Origin: Callorhinchus milii
Lineage: Eukaryota
NCBI RefSeq assembly: GCF_018977255.1
Contig: NW_024704743.1
Span: 77,564,001 to 77,628,000 of the forward strand
Length of the DNA stretch: 64,000 nt
Reading direction: 5' to 3'
Both the position numbers and the translations under genes were made by a program. The notes under the pieces were generated by a model. That model had not been told where the DNA came from, ran no database searches, and saw only the letters and a program-made list of their open reading frames with translations. Below are positions 50,165-62,075 of the stretch, one piece after another (position 1 is the first letter of the stretch; every line of letters begins with the position of its first letter).

Positions 50165-50600
50165 TCTTTGATGACATACACAGGAGAGCAATGAGGATGA
50201 TCCCCAGTGTAAGAGGGATGAGCTCTAATGACAACTGGAAAAAATAGGGCTCTTCACTCTTGAAGAGAGACATTCCAGAGGGAGAGTGAACCGTAATGAC
50301 ATATATAAGATGCTAAATGGGATTGAGAAAGTAAACCCAGAAAAGTACTTTCAGTTATGTCGAGGCAGCAGGATAAGAGGGCAGATGTTCAGGGTTGTGA
50401 AAGGCAAGTTTAGGTCAGACACCAGGAAACACTTCTTTACACAGATGATATTTAATAGCTAAAATTGTTTTTGGGGAACTGTGGTTTGGGAAAGGACACT
50501 GGATTCATTTAAGTAACAGCTTGATGCTGACATGGTAAGTCAGTAGAGATGGCAATTGGAAACAATGAGTCCAAAGGAGCTAAAGGTCCTTTTTCAGCCA
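50165..50600 (+). mobile_element. Degenerate CR1 3' end
   Basis: caggagagcaatgaggatgatcccc (RRAMRMIP), ctcttcactcttgaa, aggaaacacttctttacacag (RKHFFTQ); a further short piece at about 50630-50695. Confidence 0.8.
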
Positions 50601-51667
50601 AACACTGATACACAGAAGAGCAATATTTCAGCCCTACAGGCAATACAGAGGAGAGCAGTGAAGAAGATCTCCAGTGCTAGATGGGTGAGTTATAAGCCCT
50701 TTCCTCATTGCTTTCCCCAGTACTGCCTCTAGGATCCTTTTGCGATATTAGGACTGAAACAAGCCTGGCTATTATGGACTTATCTAGCTGTTCTATAAAT
50801 ACCCTCAACCAGCTACTGGGATATCAAGATACTTGAAATACAGTGAAGAAATGTTTGTTTTAGATCAAATAATAGACGGCAACACACTATGGCATTCAGC
50901 CTAGTTGTGATGGAGCTGCACATTTAGCTTTATTCTATTGCTTGTTGCTATTTCACATCAAAAACATTATAAAAATGGTATCAATTAATCCTAGGCAGGC
51001 TTACTTCGATTTGAAGTTATTTGATTTTAGACGTTTTTAAATTAAAGTGGTGCAAATGGGCCCAGAATGACTCTAAATTAATGCTCTTTGATAGACTCAG
51101 AGTGCTCATGTGTGACTCATAACGCACGTTATGGCTTGCACATGTAATGGTCGAGAAATCTAATCCCTTTTGGATTCCTTTTGCTGCTCTAATGTGTGTA
51201 AAACGATAATGTAAATGGAGTGCTTTTCTACAGTTTGGATAAGAGAGACACAGCTTCATCTTACAATAAGAGGTTGTTCTTCCGTGTGAAATATGTTTTT
51301 CAATTTATTCTGTGTTCAATTACTGTAAAAAGTTATGTGTCTTGGCCTATTGGCATGGTCTAAAAGAAGATGACCAATGTCTAACAGTTTTTTTAAGAAT
51401 ACTGGATCACAGAACACCAATTTAATGTAACAGGCCAGCTGATTTTCTCTTTGCTTCTTAAGAAGCAAATAGCAACTCACCATGCTTAACAGTATCCAAA
51501 ACAGATAAAATTCCACATATGTATGATACCGACACATGACAATGTATTTGGATCTGAAATAGAATGCATACTCTGTGCCTGGAGAGATGCACACTGTTTA
51601 CCGAATTCCTGAGAGTATTTGGCGCAAGTTGGCAAGAACCAAGCCTTGGGTACCCCAGAGTATGTGT

Positions 51668-51975
51668 TGGGGTACTGCTGGAGTTCAACCAGCTAAAACC
51701 TGCTTAGCTTCCTATTAAGAGTGCCCTTCTGGTGAGCTTCCTGCTACGAGTTGAGCTAAGGTCACATTTCCTATTAGGACGTTTAATTGCAGGGTTAGCA
51801 GGAGCTGAGGGGAAAGAATCGCTGCTTCCAGTCTGCCCTTCCATGTCCTGCTAATGAGCCAGGCTGACTGAAAGATTATCAGCAGTGCCCTGGACTACTG
51901 TGGATCCAATGTGGCTCAGGAAACAGATTACTGACACCAAAACACAGGACTGCCTAGACTCCGACATTCTGTTGC
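51668..51975 (+). repeat. Unidentified old repeat, left member of an inverted pair
   Basis: Aligns block by block to the reverse complement of 52798-53066 plus 53523-53544. Confidence 0.8.
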
Positions 51976-52461
51976 CGAGCACGTCCCTTGGATCCAGTTC
52001 AGCTGAGCTCCAAGGAGACTCGACTTATCTCGCCTCCAAGAAGAGTCACAAGTTGGTCAACCTCAATTCTAACCATGTTAATTTTGATTCTATGGGCTGT
52101 GCCCACTTGTGATGTATCCCTCTACTAAAAAAAGAATTGTCCACTATCTAACCTCTCAATTCCTTTCATTATTTTAAGTATATCAATCAAATCACTGCTT
52201 AATCCCCTCTGTGCACCATTAAATGATCAGGTGACATCTAATGTTTATTCAAAATGTTTGTTTTCGCAGTGTTGATAAATGTTTTAAATAAAAAGTGTGG
52301 GAAAGAGGGAGAACATTTGGACATGATGTTTGTGCTCCCACACAACTTTAGATTAAACCATTACTTTTTACAGCGTAGATCTTTCCTTGACCATTTCCTT
52401 ATGAATAATAATTTTAAGAAATAATTTTGACAGTGTCACCTTATGCCAGTTTCAGTGTGAG

Positions 52462-52784
52462 TAATAATAATAATAATCCTTGCATTTGATATAACACTTT
52501 TCACATCTTCTAGATGTCTCAAAGTGCTTCACAGAATATACTGCAGAGTGAATTGACTGTATATTTTGTGGGTGAAATGCAGCAGGCAATTGCGCACAGC
52601 AATGTCCCACAAACAGTCTTGGATTGAGTGACCAAATTCTTCTTATTTATTTATTTATTTCTTTTTCTTGAGGGATTATTATCAGGTGTGTGAAACTTGC
52701 CTAAGGTCTCACCCTGCTGGGAATCGAACCCAGGTCTCTCTCTTGCGAGGTGAGTGCTCTAACCACTGAGCTACAGGACTCCAC
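52462..52784 (-). mobile_element. tRNA-Ala-headed SINE with internal deletion
   Basis: (TAA)n tail; head gggaatcgaacccaggtctctc.cttgcgagg.gagtgctctaaccactgagctacaggactccac. Confidence 0.93.
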
Positions 52785-52797
52785 AATTTGATTGTGA

Positions 52798-53544
52798 GCA
52801 ATGGAATGTCAGAATCGAGTCATATCTTTGTGATGATTTCGGTAGTGCAGCTCCTAGGCCAGGCGGGTCCACAGTACTCCAGGACACTGCTAATGACAGA
52901 CCAGTAGCAGGACTTGGAAGGTCAGATTCATCAATGGGGGCAGGGATTCTTCCCAATCAGATCCTATTAGCCCTGCAAGCTTAACAGATAGAGTGGTCCT
53001 GCCTGGAGAAGCAGGGTAAAGCCAGACGGTGCTCTCAATGGCAAGCTCTCAATTTAGCTGGTTAAACCAAAATGATTGAGGGCACGGAGGGACTGTACTA
53101 TGAGGAGCGACTAAGTAAATTGGGCATGTTCACGCTTGAAAAGAGAAGATTGAGAGGTGATATGATTGCTGTCTTTAAGATTCTAAAAGGCCCAGACAAT
53201 ATAGATCATGACAGGCTGTTTCAACTTGTCCAGAATAGTAAAACCAGAAGACACGGCCCGCGATTGAAGGCAGTAAATTCAGAACAAATCTATGCCAACA
53301 CTATTTCAGTGAGCGAGTAGTGAACCTGTGGAACAGGCTCCCTGGGGCGATGGTTGAAGTAGGAAGTGTTGATTCTTTCAAACATAGATTAGATAGTTTT
53401 CTTTTAGGAAATAACATTATGGGATATAGTACATAGGTAGTTTGGGACATATGTCTATACGACAACCAGGAAGGTGGAAGACGAACTAGATGGGCCTTGG
53501 TCTAGCATTTCTTATGTTCTTATAAATTCCAAGAGTTACCCCCA
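52798..53544 (-). repeat. Unidentified old repeat, right member of the inverted pair, split by CR1
   Basis: See 51668-51975; homology resumes immediately after the CR1 tail. Confidence 0.78.
53067..53522 (+). mobile_element. CR1 LINE 3' end, relatively young
   Basis: 'YEERLSKLGMFTLEKRRLRGDMIAVFKILKG', 'RVVNLWNRLP', tail ttcttatgttctta; taaa on both flanks. Confidence 0.95.
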
Positions 53545-54364
53545 GTGTGAGTGAGCATTCTCTCTCATGCCTGATGTTTATGGGTTGATCGGCATCGCAC
53601 TGCCCTGGTCTGGTGTTCCTGGTCTGATCATGGTGACAGGCTGCATTGTGCCTGTGCTGCGGCATTTGATAGAGAGCACAGCAGTATCTGCAATAGACAT
53701 TTGGTGAATTTTATTGATTTCAATCTTTGACATAATGTTTTTAATTTAAAAATGATCATTTAGTTTAAGTTTTATGAGCTAATTATCACAGTGACTTAAT
53801 TACATCTGCGGTATCTGAAGTGGAAATGCCCCACGACTTAAAGCCAGTGGTAGAAATTTCCAGTTTGCAACCTCAGAATCAATCCATTCCAATCCGTGGC
53901 ATATCACAAAGAACTATTGCAATGTGAAAGAAGCAATATAAATTGTGTGAGATAGATAAAGGGGCCTTGGTTCAAATCTATGTGTACTCAGTTTTCTAAT
54001 GATGCTGCTCAAAGAAGATATCTCACACAAATTAAAATGAGAAGCTGACAGAAATCCATACTTACCCAGTTTATAAAACAACAACTTGCAAAACTTCCTC
54101 ATGCAGAGCGATGTCTCAGACATTGGTCTACATAAGGAAGTTTTGCACGTTGTTGTTACAGAGACTGTGCTGGGGAGGGGTTGTGAAAGGAAAGAGGTGA
54201 CCTTTGGCACAATCAAAGAGGTAGATTTTTAAAAGGTATTTTCTAGTTTCTAGTTTCTTAGACATGAGGCTCAAAATTCTTCCTAGTGTTAGCTTGTAGG
54301 GCATTCGGTATTAAAATGTTAATTGTGTACAGAATTGTGAAAAAAAGTTAAAATAAATCTCAAT

Positions 54365-54450
54365 CATGGGGTGGCTAAATTGGGTCTGGTCTTCTTGGGG
54401 TCAGGGAGGGAAAATCAGCCAGGGTTCCTGTTCCTGGTCTCTTCTACTGG
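54365..54450 (+). mobile_element. 'Family B' repeat core
   Basis: gggagggaaaatcagccagggttcctg.tcctg. Confidence 0.5.
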
Positions 54451-54519
54451 TTTGACACAAGTATGATAAGCACATGGGGAAACGTCAGGGTAATTTGTGA
54501 ATCATTGGTCCTCTTCAAT

Positions 54520-54740
54520 CGAATTGACCTCCCCCCCACCCCCAGACACTCACTGCCGTCCTGCAGTCCCTCTGGCTTGCCTCCTCTCTTGCCTCCATCA
54601 AGACCCATTTCAAGACCCTCCTCATTGACCGTGCCTTCGGTCACCCTCCTTCCCCCCCCATGCTATCCACCCTCCCTGATCCCGACCCCCAGCTCGGGTC
54701 CGAAACACTGATTGTCCACCGCCTTAGGACGGCCTCCCAA
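54520..54740 (+). mobile_element. L2 3' UTR fragment
   Basis: cttgcctccatcaagaccc.tttcaagaccctcc...gaccgtgccttcggtcacc; further short tails at about 54070-54240(-), 56190-56330(-), 56648-56795(-), 57610-57685(+) and 59505-59575(-). Confidence 0.82.
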
Positions 54741-57700
54741 GAACAAAAATTAAACTGATATTTGGCCACTTGCAACTGTAACATTGAGGTTTTCTTTTGT
54801 AAAGATAGCAGATACACCCAGGCAGCACTCTTGCATACTTGATGACCTCTGTCAATAGCAGATCTATGATTTTACAATCTTATGCATGATACACGTTATC
54901 TAGTTTATTCCCTCATGTCAGGAATGCTTTTAATAATTGCCTTTTCTTGTATCTGCAAGGAATAATTAGGACACACAGATTGTGTTTGCAAAGGAAATCT
55001 ATGGGCTGTGGATTGAAGGATCTGTTTGCAAAATCTGTGCCCACATGCCTGTCTAGACTTTGGTGTTTTGGGGCAGCTAGTTGATCACAATCACAGAAGG
55101 GGAGCTGTACTGTTGTACCAGACCCAACAATAATGCAACATTTTCAATTACTGCACTTGAGAGTTTCAAACTGTATATATCTTCAGTGTACAACAATAAA
55201 TCAAGCAAAATTAAGTCTAAAAAACTTTACCCTATTGAAAATATTATGTATTTCAAAATTATACTCACAAAACAAACCTCTGCCAAGCTGTATGCCAAAG
55301 TGTGATGTTGAAATCCAGCTTGCTTTGCTGTTTGTTCTCACCATTGGGGAGATGCCATTGTTTATTCATACAGTACATTCTGGGAAGGACACCACTTGGA
55401 CACTATGGGGGGAAAATTCCATTTGGCATTCCACTCATTGCCTTTGGCGATATTGACCTTTAATGAGATTTCCCATTGTAGTCTCACATCACCAATGAAC
55501 TGAATTTTTACCCATAGAAAGTTAACAAATACATACTTGTTTTGTTTATGAAGGCCAAAATTCTCTGGAATGTTTCATAGCACAGCTTTTGGAGGACAAG
55601 CTGTTTATAACGATATAATCTTTTCCAGGTTGCGATTAACAGACCACAAGAGAGGTTTGGCTGTAGAAAGTGTTTCAACCCATTTGATCTCATGAACTCA
55701 TTCTTCCAAGAATACCTGCCATTCTCATTACAGCACTAGGTTATTTTTAAAATGAGTCCAGCATCCTGACCTCAACCATCCTTCCTATTGCACTAAGAAT
55801 AACCATCTTTTGTATGTGAAAGCTACAAAATGGATTTCTCTTAAACGGGGCTCACATTAGACAGATCTAATTGTGTGAATGGACAGATTGTGTGAGCTTC
55901 AAGTATACTTTTTTTCCAAAATAAAAACCTGCAAACTGTTGTAATATTGAAAAGTTTTGTACAAATACTATATAGTACTGAAATATTTTTAGGTGTACAT
56001 TTTTATGAATAGATCCCCATGATTCAATACGATAATGCCAGTGAATATGTTGGGGTCATAAGTGAGATATTTTGGAAGTCACTGCTCCAATTCCAACATT
56101 CTCCTTGCAACTGAATTTGGTAACAAATTTTCTGAAAAATAGCCATTATGAAGCCAACATTTTTCTTTCTGACATTATATACAACACACAAGCAATACAA
56201 ATTTACATTTGTATGTCATCTCTCGTGTAGGGAAAATGTCCCAAAGTGCTTACCAAGTGTTGGCTGGGCACCTAAGCATGGGATAGAAGCCAAAGGGATA
56301 GGAAGGGGAAAGATGCTCGAAAGCCCAGACTAAGAGATAGGTCATCCAACTTTCAGGTCTGTTCCTAGTTTTTAATATATTTAAATTTGTTTTTAAAACA
56401 TACTTGTTAAAACTCTGCCCATTATTCTCAGGGGCTAGCAAATGGAATAGAAACAGGCAGGAAAGCCACAATCTTTGGCTGCCAGTAAATAGATTCCCCA
56501 CCACCACCATCCACACATTTTTGGAGTAAAAATGGACTTAGAAACAAAATGTCTATCTCTATTTATTGACTTGATAAATAAAACTCAATGTTCTGTGTGA
56601 GGATTATTAATTAAGTTGCGTTTGGACGTTGGGTGGATCAAGAAAGGACAACAAAACAACAACAAAATTACATTTGTAAAGCGCCTTTCAAGAGTGACTG
56701 AAGACACAGTCGAAAAGGAGGGTCTTGAGTAATGCTTTGAAGGAGGCAAGGGAGGGGAGCAAGGTGAAGGGATTGTAGGATGGAGCTCCAAAGGACCTGG
56801 TCTGATCTCAGACTTTAAGAGGAACATTTCTGAAATTTGTCATACAGTCATGCTATTTTCATCCATAGCATTAAGGATCAAAATCTCAGAACAAAATATA
56901 GTTGTATTTTTGTGGGGGGAAGGAGGGCAAAACCTGTTGGAATACCCATCAACTCATAAGAACTCAGTTCTAGAAAATAGATCTCTTAGCAGTTTGGTTC
57001 TTGCAGGTTGGTGTGATGTGACCAGAGCAAGGCACTGCTTGTGCCACTCAGATTTCTTATAATAATCAATCTTACACTTAAAATAGCGCCTTTCACATTG
57101 GGTTGATGTCTCAAAGCACTTGACAGCATACACTGTAAAGTTTAGTGACTGTATATTTTGCAGGCGAATAAGAATTCTCCCATTGGGAATTATTAGGGAA
57201 TTCCACTAAGATATATCGCAAATTAGACTCCAATATTCCGTAATGGTATGACAGCAGAATGTAAATACATCCAAGAGTGACTGACGCTGGTGTCAACCCT
57301 TCATGTGCACCACTTGTCTCCAGGCAACAAGGGATGTCAGCATGGTGTACTGATGTCACCACATTGCCGTCTGTCCTGAGCATCTGTGTTGCTGATTTTG
57401 TTTTTGGGGGGAGGAGAGGGAAGTACATGGAGAGAGAAAAGGGAGCTGCAAAGGACTTGGCACTTACATTAACACTCCCCGCCAGTCTTTTTCCAAATAT
57501 GCCCACACAGTTTAACACCATTAAACTGTTTGTAGATAGCGTTCTGTCATGAATCTGACTGCGTTGAAGGCGACACCTTTGATAATGCAGCACAAGGTCC
57601 TATGAAATACTGACTGTCCAGCATCTTGGGATGTCCTCCTGAAGTGAAAGGTGCTATACGAATGTAATTTTGTTGTTGTTGTTGTCAATTTTATGCAAAT

Positions 57701-59587
57701 GCATCTGCCTTATCCAGCAGCCTTTGTTAACATGTTAGGCCCACGTTTGACAAATATAGTTGGGATACAGAATCAGCACCACAAACACACTGTAACTCAA
57801 ACTTCCTGAAACACTTGAAATAACAGGCTGTAACCTTAACTTCTTTTTTTCAGAAGGGGAGGAGGAGGAGAAAGAGAAGGAGAGGGACTACAAGTCTCCA
57901 GAAATTAAAAAAATTGCAGAAGCGCCTTGGGTAACAGAGGAAATTGAATGCTTCCTGGTCAGAGCCAAGCCCTGTCTAGTTTGCAGTGTGTGCCTGCATA
58001 TTTCCAATGAGCAGAAGCTGTGTCTGTTACCTGGCAACTGGCCCATTCGCTTTGACTTTAGCTCCAGCTGAAAGCTGATGCTGGTCACCCAGTAAATTTC
58101 CAGTGTAACTAACAGACAGAAGCTTTGCTTAATCTTGTTAGCATGATGAGGCAATATTCAAACATCATGGCAAATCAAATCATCCTGAGGCTTTTAGTAG
58201 GGTTAGGATAACAATCTGAGGTGAATTGAAGTAGTCTACCTTTCATTGACCACTCGCTGTCAGCAGCCTTGTTCTTTTTTAATGCTCCGCTTTTGGTATG
58301 TTTGTTTTCCCTACTATTCCCCCCCCCCCCACACTTCTCCAACCCCCTCACTACCACCTCTCATGCTTTCAGAGCAGAGCCATGATGGGCATTGACAGCA
58401 GGAGCCACAGTATTCTGAAGTGCCCATATATCTGTGCACAGAGAGGCTGCTTTGATGGTTCCCCAGTGGATGTAATTGTACTCATTACTGCCCATTTACA
58501 TTTCATCACCCGATTATCACAAAAGCCTCATTACTGTTGATATGAGCGTCTGCTGAACTACTGCTAACTGTTCATTCCTTCTCTCTCTCTCTTGCTCTTT
58601 CTCTCTCTAGTTAGAGCAGCCTCATAGCAGAGGAAAGGCGCCTTTCAGATTTGATTAAAGACTGTGATTTAAATCGATATTTAATAAAGCGCCTGCTGCC
58701 ACATTACATGTGCACTATTCCCCATGTGGGTTGCGCTGTGTTTCACCACAACACACTGAAGACCTCCAGTGTGCCACGTAACAGAATTGGGTTTGCACTG
58801 GTCTGGCCACCTGTGTCCCTGAGCACAGCGCTCAGAAGTAATAGGTTTATGAGCTGATGAGCAGACCTGATAGGTTATAAACAGATTAAATACTTGTCTA
58901 AGGCCAGTGATGAATACATCAAGCAAAGTCAGTGCAAACAAGGATGATGAGAAGTGATGACAGACTTGGTGCTTACCTCGGCCCCACGGCTGAAACACTG
59001 CTCAGCTCACGTCAATCAGATACTATTAAAATAATGGTCAAAGTATCAGGCGGTGTGACTGAACACAGTGTGCAGGTGTCAGTTGGGGAAACAAGAAGAA
59101 ATAAAGGATAGATTACAGTGTTCAGTTAGGCCGTTGTGTAAGACATTCCTTAGCAGTTCGTAGTCAGAGTGAAAATTAGTCAATCAAATAGAACCTATTA
59201 CATAAAATTTAGGTTTTGTACTGGTATCTCAGCACTAATATGTTGGGAAGCAGGTGAAGCCAGGTCAGGTGAGTATGGGTAAAAGGTGTTATGCATCCGG
59301 CATGCACCTTGCCCAATAATTAAACCAAATGGTTTTAGTGCCACAAGGTCATGCATGTATTTTCAGCATAATATATGCATGACTGTACACAACTTTCTAC
59401 AGCACTTTTTTTTATTTATTGTATTACACTGCTATTACCTGCACACCAACAACTTTTAAATATTTGACACTCCTCAGAAATACTTATTTTACAAAAGAAA
59501 TATCAAACAACAACAAGATTCAACAACAAGATTCCATTTATAAAGCGCCTTTCACGTCAGGAGGACGTCCCAAAGCTAACGTGTTAG

Positions 59588-59925
59588 CTGGAGTCCTATA
59601 TCTCAGTGGTTAGAGCACTCGCCTCGCAAGCGAGAGTCCTGGGTTTGATTCCCAGCAGGGTTAAATGATGGGCCAGTTTCCTTACTCCACAAACCTCTGT
59701 TTACCTAGCAGTAAGTAGGAACCTGGTTGTTAGTCGATTGGCAGATCACTTTTCTGGAGGTAATAATTCCTTCAAAAACAATTAACGACTGCCATGCGCA
59801 ATTGGCTGCTGCAATTCATCCACAAAATATACAGTCAATTCACTTTACAGTATATTCTGTGAAGCGCTTTGAGACGGCTTGAAGACATGATAAGGTGCTA
59901 TAACACATACAAGGATTCTTATTAG
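59588..59925 (+). mobile_element. tRNA-Ala-headed SINE, near full-length
   Basis: tggagtcct.ta.ctcagtggttagagcaCTCGC-CTCGCAA-GCGAG (CGC=Ala) ..gggtttgattccc. Confidence 0.93.
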
Positions 59926-59964
59926 TATGTTTCTTACCCAGAATTCTGGATTAACCAAGTATAA

Positions 59965-60360
59965 TCATTGCATTTTTGATATAATGCCCTTTCATCTCCA
60001 AGCATCTCAAAGGGCTTCACAGACATTTTTTTCTGTAAAGTTTAATGATCGATTGAACTAATTTAATGATTTAATGATTTGCAATCGAAAACAATAGCCA
60101 ATTTGCATGCAGCAATGCCACACAAACAGCTATGACATGAATGATTAATTGTATCTGGGGATTTCTGGGCAGGAAACCGGGAGAAACTCCCTTTTCTTTT
60201 TCAATAATGCCATTACTAAATATTACCAGTTCAGGGATCTTTAACCATCTCCTGAACAGGTAAGCAGGTCATCGGTTTAATGTCTCATCTGAAGGACAGC
60301 ACCTTTGACAATGGAGTACACCCGCCAGAACTGCACTGGAATATCAGCCTGGACTATGAG
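59965..60360 (-). mobile_element. Deu-domain SINE
   Basis: gggatctttaa...cggtttaatgtctcatctgaaggacagcacctttgacaatg.agtac. Confidence 0.85.
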
Positions 60361-60504
60361 CTACATACAAAATGTATAACTAAAAGAAAATAATTCTGAT
60401 TTTAAATTAACCCTTATCCTGCAAAATCAACACAAAAAAGGTTCCATGTAAAGTTAGGCCCAAAATGGTGCAATCGCTAAAAATATTTGTAGTGTTTTTT
60501 NAAA

Positions 60505-61020
60505 AGGTTATGAGTTGAAGCCTCCTGTTGGGACGTAAGCTCACAGTCTAGGCTGACTCCAGTACTGTACTCTTGTCATCCTTCAAATAGCATCTTAAAC
60601 CGATGTCCCATATGCCTGTTCTTCAGGTGGATTCTATGTCTCATGACAATGTGTCTGAAGAGGAATTTCTCTCAGTATCCTTGCAAGCAACGCTCTAGAT
60701 TATAATAATAATAATAATAATAATCCTTGCATTTGATATAGTGCTTTTCACGTCAGGAGGACGTCCCAAAGCGCTTCACAGAACACACTGTAAAGTGAAT
60801 TGACTGTATATTTGTGGGCGAACACGGCAGCCAATTGCGCACAGCAATGTCCCACAAACAGTCGTAGATTGAAAATGACCAATTTATTATTGTTTTGTTT
60901 TGGAGGGATTATTATTAGGCTCTGTGTGGAGTAAGGAAACTTAATTAGTTATTCACTTCATTGCTGTTTGAGTCTCCATTGTGTGGAAAATGGCTGCTAT
61001 GTTTACCTAAAAAATCAGTT
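60505..61020 (+). mobile_element. Degenerate Deu-domain SINE split by an antisense Ala-SINE
   Basis: aaggttatgagttgaagcc...ttaaaccga.gtcc...ttcaggtgga before the insertion; attcacttcattgctgtttg after it. Confidence 0.7.
60702..60942 (-). mobile_element. Young 5'-truncated Ala-SINE (same subfamily as 34754)
   Basis: Almost identical to the reverse complement of 34845-35085. Confidence 0.95.
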
Positions 61021-61024
61021 TCTA

Positions 61025-61430
61025 CACAACAACAACTTACATTTATATACTGCCTTTCATATAGGGAGGACATCCTAAAGTGTTTCACAAAGCTGACTGG
61101 GACCATGATCTAGAAGTAGCAGAAAAGGGAGATTGAAACACAGTCAAAAAGAAAGGTCTTCAGGTGGATCATAAAGGTAGGTAGACAGATTCCAAGATGG
61201 GGTTCCAGAGAATGGGGGCCGAATGTCTCAAAGCTCAACCAGCGATGGTGGGATAGAGGTTATAAAGTAGATCAGTGTTTGCTGAGGAGTGGGAGTGACC
61301 AGGTGATAGGAAGTTGTAGAGGTCAGGTGAAACAAGACCATGGAGGGATTTAAAGGTTAGGATGAGGATCTGAAACTCAATCTCCTGGGGGATGGGGAGC
61401 CAGTGGAGCCAGGCAAGGATGGGGAGCTAG
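61025..61430 (-). mobile_element. Old L2 3' end
   Basis: (CAA)n tail; ggggagccagtggagccaggcaaggatggg (ILAWLHWLP on -). Confidence 0.82.
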
Positions 61431-61825
61431 TGAAGGGATTTAAATGCAAAGAAGAAATTACTTGAGAGGAATTACTGTGAAACATTTTGAGACATTTTGA
61501 TATTTTAGGCACTGTAAAATTGTAAACTCAATCATTCTGTGAAAAATAGATTTGATCAATTTCCTGCGTCAAATATATGTTGTAGCTCACAATTAAACAG
61601 AATCACACAATATTAGAGTAATCGATCAAAAAAGAGATAAGTGTAGTTTTTTTTAAATATATAATTATAGATAAAGTGTACCCGTCTCCTCTAATACAAG
61701 CTCTGCAACAAGGTCATGAATTCATATTGCAGAGTTATATCTTATTCAAAGCTACCTCCTCAGTTGAGTGAATATGTGTAGGGCTGCATTGGGTTGCCCA
61801 TTGAACTACTAAATAAATAAGGATC

Positions 61826-62075
61826 ATAATAATAATAATCCTGGCATTTGATATAGCACTTTATTATGTCAGCAAGGCACCTCAAAGGGCTTCACGGAAT
61901 ATAATGTACAGTGAACTTCCTGTATATTTTGTGGGTCAAACATAACAGCTAATTGGCACAGCAATGTCCCCCAAACAGTCCCGGACTGAATGACCAAATT
62001 ATTATTCATTTTTTTGAAGGGATTATTACCCTCAGTCGACTGACAACCGGGTTCCTATTACTGCTAGACAAACAG
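61826..62075 (-). mobile_element. Ala-SINE family, 5'-truncated
   Basis: (taa)n cctggcatttgatatag...gggattattaccc...acaaccgggttccta. Confidence 0.88.

Noticed and set aside
57111..57593. 160-aa minus-strand ORF
   Set aside because: Both ends lie in SINE remnants; no recognisable domain.
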